Below are positions 21,173 through 29,748 of a stretch of DNA of 64,000 nucleotides, in pieces. Origin of the DNA: Candidatus Binatia bacterium (GTDB lineage Bacteria; Desulfobacterota; Binatia; UBA12015). The stretch's first letter is position 1; each line of letters begins with the position of its first letter. A model generated the notes under the pieces. It worked only from the letters and a program-made list of their open reading frames with translations, was not told the origin of the DNA and made no database searches. The DNA lies in contig CBFHUR010000002.1 in NCBI GenBank assembly GCA_965658895.1, positions 21,451-85,450 of the forward strand, read 5' to 3'. Position numbers and translations under genes: made by a program.

Positions 21173-21733
21173 ATGTTCATCACGGGACTGAGCTTACTTT
21201 TCTGTCTGCTTTTCGGATTACCAACGGCGGCTCTGGCTGCGAGTGATATTCGGGGGGAAGGTTGCGGGAACAATCCCGAGCGACCTTATGTGTGCGATAT
21301 CGGTGCTCCAAAAGTCCTCTCGAAACAGGAATTTATCGAGGTGCTGGGCAAGAATGAGGCGCTTCGAGAAACCGTCAAACGGCTTGGCCGGCCCGATCGC
21401 GCAGAAATCCAGAAGGTCCGGGTGCGCGACCCATGGTCGCAATGGGAAGTCCGCACGTATTACGAGGACCTGGACCGGATGTTTGTCTACGGCAGGGCTT
21501 ATATACTCGGGTCACCGGTGATCACCATCCTGCGCCATGAATCCAGAATTCCACGCGCCCAAATGGCGCTTGCGGCGCCCGATGCCGCGGACCTCGCCGC
21601 CGAGAGTGCGGCTGTTCGAGCGGCCGCTGCCGCCGAGCGATCGGCCGCTGCGGCCGAGAAGACCGCGAGATTGGCCGAAGCTTTGGCTGACGATGCCGGG
21701 GAGCAGTTTCCTCGTCGTCTGATGAAGAAATAG
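21173..21733 (+). CDS. secreted hypothetical protein with an Ala-rich C-terminal helix
   Basis: Signal peptide 'MFITGLSLLFCLLFGLPTAALAA' and an RBS GGGGGA. Start trimmed from 21110. Confidence 0.45.
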   Translation: MFITGLSLLFCLLFGLPTAALAASDIRGEGCGNNPERPYVCDIGAPKVLSKQEFIEVLGKNEALRETVKRLGRPDRAEIQKVRVRDPWSQWEVRTYYEDLDRMFVYGRAYILGSPVITILRHESRIPRAQMALAAPDAADLAAESAAVRAAAAAERSAAAAEKTARLAEALADDAGEQFPRRLMKK

Positions 21734-21760
21734 GCCGCAGGCCGCCACCGGAGTTCATGT

Positions 21761-22714
21761 ATGCGAGCCTTTGTCTGGGATGGTCGAGGAGCCCGTGTTG
21801 TGCAAGACCACCCGGAACCCAAGTCCAGTGAGGAGATGGCCCTGGTCGAGGTTCGGATGGCCGGGGTCTGTTCCACCGATCTCCAGATCTTGCAGGGCTA
21901 TATGGATTTTCGCGGCGTTCTGGGCCATGAATTCGTCGGCGAGGTTCTTGAGGGACCGACAGAGTGGGTAGGTCATCGGGTCGCAGGGGAAATCAACTTC
22001 GCCTGTCACCGCTGCGCTCTTTGTGCGACCGGTCAGAACCGCCATTGTCCCAACCGTACGGTTATGGGCATTCAGGGAGCCGATGGCGCCTTTGCCCAGC
22101 GGGTTCGTGTGCCGTGGAAAAACCTCCACCGTATTCCCGATAGCGTCAGCGACCACGAAGCAATTTTCATTGAACCTCTGGCCGCCGCCTTCGAGGCGGA
22201 CCTGCAGTCCCGCGCGTATCTTGGTGGTCGAACGGCTGTTCTCGGTGCGGGCAAGCTCGGATTGCTATGCGCTCAGGTTCTGGCGCTGCGCGGTGACGAA
22301 GTCCGTGTGGTTTGCCGGCACGAAGCGGCCATGGAGAAGGCTCGCGCGGTCGGACTGGATGCCGTTTCCGTGGATCAGGTCGGGGGACCCTATTCGTTGG
22401 TGGTGGAAGCTACCGGCCACCCGGATGGCCTGGCCAAGGCATTATCCATTGTCCGTCCCGGTGGTGCCGTGGTGCAGAAGACCACGATTGCTGCGCGGCA
22501 TGATATCGATCTGGCACCTCTGGTCATTCACGAAATCACGATGATCGGATCACGCTGTGGCCCGTTTGCTCCCGCCATTGATGCCCTGGCAAACGCCAAG
22601 GTTCAGGTCGCTCCTCTGCTCTCCTCGGTGCTGCCTTTGACAGAGGCCGGAGAGGCCATCGCGCAGGCCCGCACCCCGGGCGCTTTGAAGATCGGTCTCG
22701 ACCCGAGCCTCTGA
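21761..22714 (+). CDS. Zn-dependent alcohol dehydrogenase (MDR superfamily)
   Basis: 'GVCSTDLQILQG', 'GHEFVGEV', a structural-Zn Cys cluster CHRCALCATGQNRHC and a GAGKLG Rossmann motif. Confidence 0.7.
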   Translation: MRAFVWDGRGARVVQDHPEPKSSEEMALVEVRMAGVCSTDLQILQGYMDFRGVLGHEFVGEVLEGPTEWVGHRVAGEINFACHRCALCATGQNRHCPNRTVMGIQGADGAFAQRVRVPWKNLHRIPDSVSDHEAIFIEPLAAAFEADLQSRAYLGGRTAVLGAGKLGLLCAQVLALRGDEVRVVCRHEAAMEKARAVGLDAVSVDQVGGPYSLVVEATGHPDGLAKALSIVRPGGAVVQKTTIAARHDIDLAPLVIHEITMIGSRCGPFAPAIDALANAKVQVAPLLSSVLPLTEAGEAIAQARTPGALKIGLDPSL

Positions 22715-22783
22715 TCGGAATTACCCGGGAAGGCGGACGAATTTCCCCGCCGATCCCGCATCAGGCGAGATTCGGATCCATGC

Positions 22784-23212
22784 TCAGGCGGATTCCCGAT
22801 CCCGCAGGCTGATCGAATGGCGTTTTCCGTTCACCCGGCGGAAGGGGAAGCGATAGAGGCCCGTTTTCAATTGCTCGGGATGGGTCTCCCAGGACAGCAT
22901 CTTCTGCCGCACCAGTTCGGGGCGCATGCCGAGAGCCTCACAAATATTGGCGAAAGAATAGGGCCATTCGAGGTCCTCGGACTCCAGCCACTCCCGGGTT
23001 TCCCGGTAGATGCGCTCGTGACTGCGCGAGGGTTCCTGCAAGTAACGCTGAAAACTCGCCACGGCATCTTCCATGACGGCCAACATCAGTCGGATCTCCG
23101 GTTGGTCGGTTGGTTCGGCCCGCACCTGGTCCCGATGCTGCTCGGGTGTGATGACGTCCGGCTCGATGATGTCGAAAAGCGTGTCTCTGCTATAAATGCG
23201 CGAGGTGTCCAT
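22784..23212 (-). CDS. hypothetical protein (142 aa)
   Basis: RBS AAAGGGAGA lies 7 nt before ATG 23212. No domain recognised. The longer 282-aa ORF-track entry was trimmed. Confidence 0.4.
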   Translation of the reverse strand: MDTSRIYSRDTLFDIIEPDVITPEQHRDQVRAEPTDQPEIRLMLAVMEDAVASFQRYLQEPSRSHERIYRETREWLESEDLEWPYSFANICEALGMRPELVRQKMLSWETHPEQLKTGLYRFPFRRVNGKRHSISLRDRESA

Positions 23213-23374
23213 GGGTGAATCTCCCTTTCTGCCAGGAGACCTCTGCAAACCACGTGCCGCTCGTCGCGGAGCGCTTGGCGGGCGGTTCAGTTGAATCCCC
23301 GTTGGGGACATGCTGGGTTTGGACAAATTGTTGCGTTCTGACATGAAGCCATTCTCCCGAATTGGTGGAAGCTG

Positions 23375-23902
23375 ATGGAAAAACCAAAAAAACCAAAAAA
23401 ACCCGCGCCGCCGACCCGCAGCCGACTCTCCGCAAATGCTCTCGTGGAGACTATCGACGGTCCTGTGGAGATCTTGACGCTGGTGGGAAAAGTCATGCCG
23501 GTGACGACGCGATTTGCCGATGGCACTATCGGGTTCCGCATGATGATCAACATCCGCGAAATCGCCGCGGAAGCAGCGTTGTTGCAGTTCCAGAATCAGG
23601 ATGGCCAGTCCCTGGTGGTGGGGGCCGAGCATGTCTTTGTGGCCGCGGATGGTTCACCGATCACGGCAGACGCTGTGGTCGAGGGCACCGAGTTGGCGGC
23701 CGGTTGGACCTATCCCGAGGGCTATGTCGTTCCGGATGCGCCTGAATATGCTGAACATTTACGCGGCAAGACGTTTACCAACACCACCCGGGTTGTCGCG
23801 CGGGCCGACGGGGGTAGCGGTCCGGTCTACGGCGCGACGGTCAAGGAGACGGGGTCCTACTTCCTGACCTTCGGGGCTTGCAGCCTCGCCCAGGTTCCCT
23901 GA
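23375..23902 (+). CDS. Hint (Hint_2-like) domain protein with a Lys/Pro-rich N-terminus. The Hint block lacks the usual N-terminal Cys nucleophile.
   Basis: 'ALVETIDGPVEILTLVGKVMPVTT...GAEHVFVAADGSPITADAVVEGTEL' parallels Hint_2 blocks (C..TLI.TP.G...VE.L..GD.V.T, then H.VLV....V.A..L..G). The nucleophile position is occupied by Asn or Ser. Confidence 0.5.
   Translation: MEKPKKPKKPAPPTRSRLSANALVETIDGPVEILTLVGKVMPVTTRFADGTIGFRMMINIREIAAEAALLQFQNQDGQSLVVGAEHVFVAADGSPITADAVVEGTELAAGWTYPEGYVVPDAPEYAEHLRGKTFTNTTRVVARADGGSGPVYGATVKETGSYFLTFGACSLAQVP
23386..23410 (+). repeat. tandem 8-9 nt AAAAACCA(A) repeat encoding KKPKKPKKP at the start of the Hint-like gene
   Basis: Read directly. It is a candidate slippage-prone microsatellite. 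Confidence 0.5.
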
Positions 23903-23992
23903 TCCGCGCATCGATCCGGCACGCCAAGCGAGCCGATTGTGCCGTCGGAAATGTACGGGACGCGTGTGCGATTCGCGCGACGCGCTGTGGAA

Positions 23993-24181
23993 TCAGCCTT
24001 CGGCGGGCGGGTAGAGATACTTCGCGGCCGCGGGTAATCCCGCCAAAAACGGCAGGCCGATGACCATCAGAATCGCCCCGATGCCAACCCAATCCAGGTT
24101 CATCGAAACCAGGCCGATCAGCAGGGTGACCACACCCCAAAAGAGGATCGCTACCGAGGAAATCGTACGAATGATCGCCAT
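23993..24181 (-). CDS. small two-TM membrane protein (62 aa), speculative
   Basis: Two hydrophobic helices and an intergenic location. My reading of the displayed bases differs by one nucleotide from the ORF-track translation here. Confidence 0.3.
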   Translation of the reverse strand: MAIIRTISSVAILFWGVVTLLIGLVSMNLDWVGIGAILMVIGLPFLAGLPAAAKYLYPPAEG

Positions 24182-24292
24182 GGTTGGGTCTTACCATTGA
24201 TCGCTTCCTGCTGCCACGGGCGCTCCGGTCATCAGGGAAAACCCTTGCCATGGAGCAGATCGTGGTTATCTCTCTGCTGAGGAAGTGATCAT

Positions 24293-26917
24293 ATGGATGC
24301 ACAAAAACTAACCGAAAAATCCCAAAATGCGCTGGCGGAGGCGCAGAAAATTGCCGCGAATCGTGGCCATCAAGGAGTGGACGCCGAGCATTTGCTGCAG
24401 GCCTTGCTGGAGGACCGGGATGGTCTCGCCGGCGCGCTTCTGGCCCGGACCGGGAAGGATATCCAGCCCCTGCAAGTTGCTCTGGACAAGGCATTGGCGG
24501 AGATCCCCGAGGTTCGGGGTCCCGGTCAGGATGCCTCGCGCGCGTATCTGACCCAGAGGCTGGTTCGTCTGCTTTCGCAGGCAGAAAACGAAGCCGAGGC
24601 GCTCCGGGATGAATACGTCAGCGTCGAGCACCTTCTGCTTTGCCTTCTGGCCGGGGAGGGAGCGGCCGGTGAAGTGCTCCGTGCTGCCGGGCTGGATCGC
24701 CCGGCTCTTCTCTCGGCGCTGCAGGAGATTCGAGGCAATCAGCGAGTCACCAATGCGAACCCCGAGGACACCTACGAGTCTCTCGAAAAATTCGGGCGCG
24801 ATTTGACCGAAGCGGCCCGTGGGGGCCAGCTCGATCCCGTCATCGGCCGGGATGATGAGATTCGTCGCGTGATTCAGGTTCTTTCCCGTCGGACCAAGAA
24901 CAACCCGGTTCTGATTGGCGAACCCGGGGTTGGCAAAACCGCAATTGCCGAAGGCCTCGCGCAGCGGATCGCCAATGGTGACGTGCCCGACGGCCTGCTC
25001 GATCGCCGGGTGGTTTCCCTCGACATGGGGGCTCTGATCGCTGGTGCCAAGTTCCGTGGCGAGTTCGAGGAGCGCCTGAAGGCGGTTCTGAGCGAGGTGC
25101 AGCGCGCCGAGGGTAGCGTGATTCTCTTTATCGACGAATTGCATACTGTGGTGGGCGCGGGCGCGAGCGAGGGAGCCATGGATGCCTCCAACCTGCTCAA
25201 GCCCATGCTGGCGCGCGGCGAATTGCATTGTGTGGGAGCCACGACGCTCGACGAGTATCGAAAATATATCGAGAAAGATGCGGCACTCGAGCGACGTTTC
25301 CAGCCCGTGATGGTCGATCAACCCGGGGTCGAGGATACGATCTCGATTTTGCGAGGCCTGCGCGAACGCTACGAGGTCCACCACAAGGTGAGGATCAAGG
25401 ATGCGGCCCTGGTCAGCGCCGCCACCCTGTCCAATCGCTATATCTCCGACCGCTTCCTGCCGGACAAGGCAATTGATTTGGTGGATGAGGCGGCCGCGCG
25501 GTTGCGGACCGAGATTGATTCGATGCCGGTGGAACTCGACGAGGCGGCGCGGCGGACGTTGCAGCTCGAGATCGAGCGCGAGGCGTTGCGCAAGGAGACC
25601 GACCGCGCGTCGAGGGACCGTCTCGAGCGACTGGAAAAAGAGTTGGCCGACCGCAAGGCCGAGGAAGTCGAGCTGCGGGCCCAATGGGAGCGGGAAAAGC
25701 ACGCGCTCAGCGGTGTGGCCGAAAAGCAGAAGGAATTGGAGATGGCTCGGCAGGAGTTCGAGAGGGTTTCTCGCCCCGGTCCGGACTATGATCCGGCGCG
25801 TGCCAGCGAACTCCAGTACAGCAGCATCCCCGCGCTCGAGGAGGCAACCATCGACATTGCCGAGGGTGAGGGCAACTGCCTGATCAAGGATCATGTGGAT
25901 GCCGACGATATTGCTGCCATCATCGCGCGTTGGACGGGGATCCCGGTGGCCAAGCTCATGGAGGGCGAAGCCGCCAAGCTTCTGCAGCTCGAGGAACAGC
26001 TCCACCAAAGAGTGATCGGCCAGGATGAGGCTGTTGCGGCGGTATCGGATGCGGTGATCCGGGCGCGCTCGGGCCTCGGAGACCCCGAACGTCCGGTCGG
26101 ATCGTTTATTTTCCTGGGCCCTACGGGTGTGGGCAAGACCGAACTCGCGCGCGCTCTGGCGGAGTTCCTGTTCGACGACGAACAGGCCATGGTTCGGATC
26201 GATATGTCCGAGTATATGGAGAAACATGCGGTCGCTCGCCTGATCGGAGCGCCTCCGGGATATGTCGGCTTCGAAGAGGGTGGGCAACTGACAGAAGCAG
26301 TGCGTCGCAAGCCCTTTTCCGTGGTGCTCTTCGACGAGGTCGAGAAGGCCCATCCGGATGTCTTCAACCTGCTGCTGCAGATTCTCGATGATGGTCGCCT
26401 GACCGACAGCCATGGGCGAACGGTGGATTTCAAAAATGTGGTCGTGATCATGACGTCCAACGTTGGCAGTGCACGGATTCTGAATCAGGCTCAGGGCCTC
26501 GAGCAGCAGGAGGCACCCGACCATGCCCGGATGCGCGAGGGAGTTCTCGAGGATTTGCGGGCGCAATTCCGGCCCGAGTTCCTCAACCGGGTGGATGATA
26601 TCGTGGTCTTCCATGGGCTGAACGAGGAACATCTCGGGCAGATCGTCGAAATCCTTCTCGGGCGCTTGCGGCAGCGGTTGGAGGATCGCGACATTACCCT
26701 GCGGCTGACTCCGGCGGCCCGCAGCCATCTCACGGCGGTCGGCTACGATCCGTCATACGGCGCCCGGCCGCTCAAGCGGGTTCTGCAACGGGAGCTCGAG
26801 ACCGAATTGGGACGCCAGATCCTGGCGGGCACCATCCCGGACCGCTCGATTGTCGAGGTCGATTATCGCGATTCCCGGCTCATTTTCCACGCGCGAGCGC
26901 TCGAAGAGGCAGCCTGA
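24293..26917 (+). CDS. clpB: ATP-dependent chaperone ClpB
   Basis: 874 aa, two AAA+ modules ([16 protein letters not shown]), a middle coiled-coil and Clp N-repeats. Confidence 0.95.
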   Translation: MDAQKLTEKSQNALAEAQKIAANRGHQGVDAEHLLQALLEDRDGLAGALLARTGKDIQPLQVALDKALAEIPEVRGPGQDASRAYLTQRLVRLLSQAENEAEALRDEYVSVEHLLLCLLAGEGAAGEVLRAAGLDRPALLSALQEIRGNQRVTNANPEDTYESLEKFGRDLTEAARGGQLDPVIGRDDEIRRVIQVLSRRTKNNPVLIGEPGVGKTAIAEGLAQRIANGDVPDGLLDRRVVSLDMGALIAGAKFRGEFEERLKAVLSEVQRAEGSVILFIDELHTVVGAGASEGAMDASNLLKPMLARGELHCVGATTLDEYRKYIEKDAALERRFQPVMVDQPGVEDTISILRGLRERYEVHHKVRIKDAALVSAATLSNRYISDRFLPDKAIDLVDEAAARLRTEIDSMPVELDEAARRTLQLEIEREALRKETDRASRDRLERLEKELADRKAEEVELRAQWEREKHALSGVAEKQKELEMARQEFERVSRPGPDYDPARASELQYSSIPALEEATIDIAEGEGNCLIKDHVDADDIAAIIARWTGIPVAKLMEGEAAKLLQLEEQLHQRVIGQDEAVAAVSDAVIRARSGLGDPERPVGSFIFLGPTGVGKTELARALAEFLFDDEQAMVRIDMSEYMEKHAVARLIGAPPGYVGFEEGGQLTEAVRRKPFSVVLFDEVEKAHPDVFNLLLQILDDGRLTDSHGRTVDFKNVVVIMTSNVGSARILNQAQGLEQQEAPDHARMREGVLEDLRAQFRPEFLNRVDDIVVFHGLNEEHLGQIVEILLGRLRQRLEDRDITLRLTPAARSHLTAVGYDPSYGARPLKRVLQRELETELGRQILAGTIPDRSIVEVDYRDSRLIFHARALEEAA

Positions 26918-26965
26918 ATTACGCAATTAAATCAGTCATCTGTGAGAAATCTCCTCAATCCACCC

Positions 26966-26995
26966 TTGTACTTTGTGAGTAATGACTCATAGAGT
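26966..26995 (+). promoter_or_regulatory. putative MerR-type promoter: TTGTAC, an 18-bp spacer containing the dyad TGAGT-AATG-ACTCA (26976-26989), then TAGAGT. The -10 abuts the start codon, so the transcript may be leaderless.
   Basis: Read directly in the 84-bp AT-rich clpB-merR spacer. A dyad inside an over-long spacer is the MerR-family operator signature. Confidence 0.4.
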
Positions 26996-27001
26996 ATATA
27001 C

Positions 27002-27748
27002 ATGGATTATCGAGTAGAAGAGTTGGCGGCAGAAGCCAGCCTGCCCGTCGATACGATTCGCTACTACCAGAATCAGGGTTTGCTGCCCGCACCCCGGCGC
27101 GTCGGGCGCAATGCGATCTACGGGGAGGGCCACCTCGAGCGTCTCGACCAGATCCGGCGCCTCCGGGAAGAGGGCCATACCCTCAAGGTGATCGCCCGTC
27201 TGGTCAGCCCCCGTCGGAAGAAGGCGGACAGGGCGCTGATCGACGCGCTGACGGCGGGTTCGGGTCGGGCCAACCTCAGTCGGGCCGAGGTCGCTGCCGA
27301 GTCCGGTGTGTCCGAAGAGCTGATTCAGGCCGTCGAGGAAGTCGGATTGGTGGGTTCCGGCCCCGCGGAAAAGCGTGGCCAGTACACCGAGGAAGATATC
27401 GATATGGGGCGCGCCGCCCTCGCGCTGCTTCAAGAAGGGCTGCCTCTGGGTGAGCTGATCGGCCTCGCTCTTGGCCATGCCAAGCATGTGGACCATTTAT
27501 GCGAGCGAGCCGCCGATGTTTTCGACCAGCATATCCGGCGCGCATCGGACGGGGACCTGACCGATGGGGATGAGGTTGCCGATGCCGTCCGGAGGATTCT
27601 ACCCGCGGTAACCACCCTGGTGGCCAGCCATTTCCATCGCACCCTTGTCGGTGTGGCTCTGGCGCGGCTGGCCAAGGATGGTGATGAAGAAACTCTCGCG
27701 CGCGCTCGCGAAGCGACCAACGGCACGCTCGAGGTACAGTGGCGATGA
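27002..27748 (+). CDS. MerR-family transcriptional regulator with two tandem MerR HTH domains in one chain
   Basis: Residues about 5-70 ('VDTIRYYQNQGLLPAPRRVGRNAIYGEGHLERLDQIRRLREEGHTL') and about 95-165 ('AEVAAESGVSEELIQAVEEVGLVGSGPAEKRGQYTEEDIDMGRAALALLQEGLPLGEL') both fit the MerR DNA-binding/linker pattern. Confidence 0.65.
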   Translation: MDYRVEELAAEASLPVDTIRYYQNQGLLPAPRRVGRNAIYGEGHLERLDQIRRLREEGHTLKVIARLVSPRRKKADRALIDALTAGSGRANLSRAEVAAESGVSEELIQAVEEVGLVGSGPAEKRGQYTEEDIDMGRAALALLQEGLPLGELIGLALGHAKHVDHLCERAADVFDQHIRRASDGDLTDGDEVADAVRRILPAVTTLVASHFHRTLVGVALARLAKDGDEETLARAREATNGTLEVQWR

Positions 27749-28446
27749 GACTGCCGTCGCAGGAAGAAAAAGCGCGCACTGTGCGCGATATGTTCGATCG
27801 AATCGCGCCGGGTTATGACCGGATGAACGGCCTGATGACCGGCGGGCTTGATCGTGTGTGGCGCCGCCGTCTGATGCGCGAGGTCGGCATCGGGGCCGGC
27901 GATCGCGTCGTGGATTTGGGCTGCGGTACCGGTGATCTGATCGAGTTGGCCAATGGCGTCGGCGCACATGCGATCGGGGTGGATCCCGCGGGCGGCATGT
28001 TGGCTGTGGCACGCGACCGCGGGATGGGCGGTTCGGTCGTGCAGGGTGATGCACTCGCGATTCCCCTGGCCGACGCGAGCGTCGACGTCGTCACCACGGC
28101 CTTTGCACTGCGCAACGTTCTATCCATCCCACCGGTCTTTCAGGAATCTGCCCGGATCCTTCGACCCGGCGGTCGCATTGCGATTCTGGAAGTCTCGCAG
28201 CCACAATTTGCCCCGGCACGGGCGGTTCATAGCTTCTATTTCCAGAAAGTGGTTCCTCTGGTGGGCCAGCTCCTCGCGGACCGAGAAGCCTATCGGTACT
28301 TGCCGGCATCTGTGGCCTATCTCCCCGAGCCGCCGGCTTTGATGGCCTTGCTCGAAGAGAGTGGTTTCGGTCAGGTTCGTCGGGTCTCTCTGGGGGCTGG
28401 TGCCGTCCAGCTCTTGTTGGGAAGCCGTCTTGGAGGTTCGGCATGA
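27745..28446 (+). CDS. ubiE: demethylmenaquinone/ubiquinone methyltransferase
   Basis: 'MFDRIAPGYDRMNGLMTGGLDRVWRR' and SAM-binding 'VVDLGCGTGD'. ATGA overlap with the MerR stop (alternative GTG at 27739). Confidence 0.8.
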   Translation: MRLPSQEEKARTVRDMFDRIAPGYDRMNGLMTGGLDRVWRRRLMREVGIGAGDRVVDLGCGTGDLIELANGVGAHAIGVDPAGGMLAVARDRGMGGSVVQGDALAIPLADASVDVVTTAFALRNVLSIPPVFQESARILRPGGRIAILEVSQPQFAPARAVHSFYFQKVVPLVGQLLADREAYRYLPASVAYLPEPPALMALLEESGFGQVRRVSLGAGAVQLLLGSRLGGSA

Positions 28447-29741
28447 CGATCCCGCAAAGGATTCTCGCGACCCCGGATCTGCGCATCGCACGGCGCGTTG
28501 TTGATTTTCGGCAAGAGCCGGAAATCCTGTGGGACCTGTCTCCCGAGCAACCGGCGTTTCTCTGGTCGCGGGGCGACCATGAGATGATCGTCGCCAGTGG
28601 CGTGGCGCAAGCCTTCGAAGCAGACGGGCCGGATCGCTTCGGCGAGGTGGCGAACTGGCTGGGTCAGGACCAGCGCTCACAGCCGCTCCTGGTTGGCGGC
28701 TTCGCCTTTGACCCGGAACATAAAGGTGAGGGCGAGTGGGCTGACTTCCCCGCACTTTCGTTTCATCTGCCCCGGATTGCAATCTTGAGACGTGGCGAGC
28801 GTACCGAGATCTTTGCGGCGACTCGCGATGCAGAAGAGTCGCCCGACGAGATTCTGGATGCCCTCGAGCAGGAACTTGCGAGAGTGGCCCGCCGCCCGAG
28901 GGGCACGCAAAGTTCATTGGATCTGCACGTCCGGGCCCGCGAGAGCGATGCCGAATGGCAGCGGTCGGTGTCGGGGGCCCTCGAGGAGATTGCCTCCGGG
29001 CAGCTGGAGAAAATCGTCCTTTCCCGAGCGGTTCGTGTGTCCTCTGACGAGGAGTTCGATGTGACCCGGTTGACCCGCCATTTGAGCGCGGCCCACCCCC
29101 AGGCCAACGTCTTTGCCGTGCGACGCAATGGCAGCACGTTTCTCGGGGCCAGTCCCGAGACGCTGGCCCGCGTCGAGGGTCGGGAATTGAGCACCGCGGC
29201 TGTGGCCGGCACCGCGCGCCGCGGGGACGGCACCAGTGAGGAGATCGCCGCTGCTCGAGGGCTGCGGGCCGACGTGAAGGAACAGCATGAGCACCAGTTG
29301 GTGGTGGATGATGTTCTGGAGAGAGTCGCGCCGTTTTGCGATCGCGTCGAGGCAGAGGAAACTCCCGAGACCATGTCGGCAGGTCCCGTCCAGCACCTGC
29401 GGACGCCGATTTCCGGGCAGCTGAAAAAGGGATCTACTTTTCTGGATGTCATAGCGACCTTGCACCCCACACCGGCGCTTGGTGGATTGCCGCGCGAGGA
29501 AGTGGCTTCGGCCTTGAGTCGGCATGAGTCTTCGCCGCGCGGTTGGTACGGGGGCGGTATCGGTTGGGTCGACGGCGGTGAGGGGGAGATCAGTGTGGCG
29601 ATTCGAACGGCTCTCGTGCATGGCAGCGACGCGGTTCTGCATGCGGGTGCCGGGATCGTGTTCGGATCGCAGTGGGCACGCGAGCTGGAAGAGACGCGAC
29701 TAAAAATGCGCACCATTCTCGAAGCGTTTCTGGAAGCCTGA
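28443..29741 (+). CDS. menF: isochorismate synthase
   Basis: Chorismate-binding C-terminal motifs 'GGIGWVDGGEGEISVAIRTAL'. Operon context with menD/H/A/C/E. A 4-bp overlap with ubiE. Confidence 0.8.
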   Translation: MTIPQRILATPDLRIARRVVDFRQEPEILWDLSPEQPAFLWSRGDHEMIVASGVAQAFEADGPDRFGEVANWLGQDQRSQPLLVGGFAFDPEHKGEGEWADFPALSFHLPRIAILRRGERTEIFAATRDAEESPDEILDALEQELARVARRPRGTQSSLDLHVRARESDAEWQRSVSGALEEIASGQLEKIVLSRAVRVSSDEEFDVTRLTRHLSAAHPQANVFAVRRNGSTFLGASPETLARVEGRELSTAAVAGTARRGDGTSEEIAAARGLRADVKEQHEHQLVVDDVLERVAPFCDRVEAEETPETMSAGPVQHLRTPISGQLKKGSTFLDVIATLHPTPALGGLPREEVASALSRHESSPRGWYGGGIGWVDGGEGEISVAIRTALVHGSDAVLHAGAGIVFGSQWARELEETRLKMRTILEAFLEA

Positions 29742-29748
29742 GGCAGAG

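Noticed and set aside
24182-24292. CIRCE or HAIR heat-shock operator upstream of clpB
   Set aside because: Neither TTAGCACTC-N9-GAGTGCTAA nor CTTGAGT-N7-ACTCAAG is present. A sigma32-like CTTGCCA element is weak. No call made.
23841-24494. 217-aa minus ORF between the Hint-like gene and clpB
   Set aside because: Arg/Pro-rich, overlaps the clpB start and promoter, and contains the more plausible 62-aa membrane-peptide frame. Judged spurious.
24308-26728. 806-aa minus-strand ORF covering almost all of clpB
   Set aside because: It is antisense to an unambiguous ClpB (AAA+ motifs on the plus strand). Long stop-free antisense frames are expected in 63% GC DNA. No recognisable motifs.
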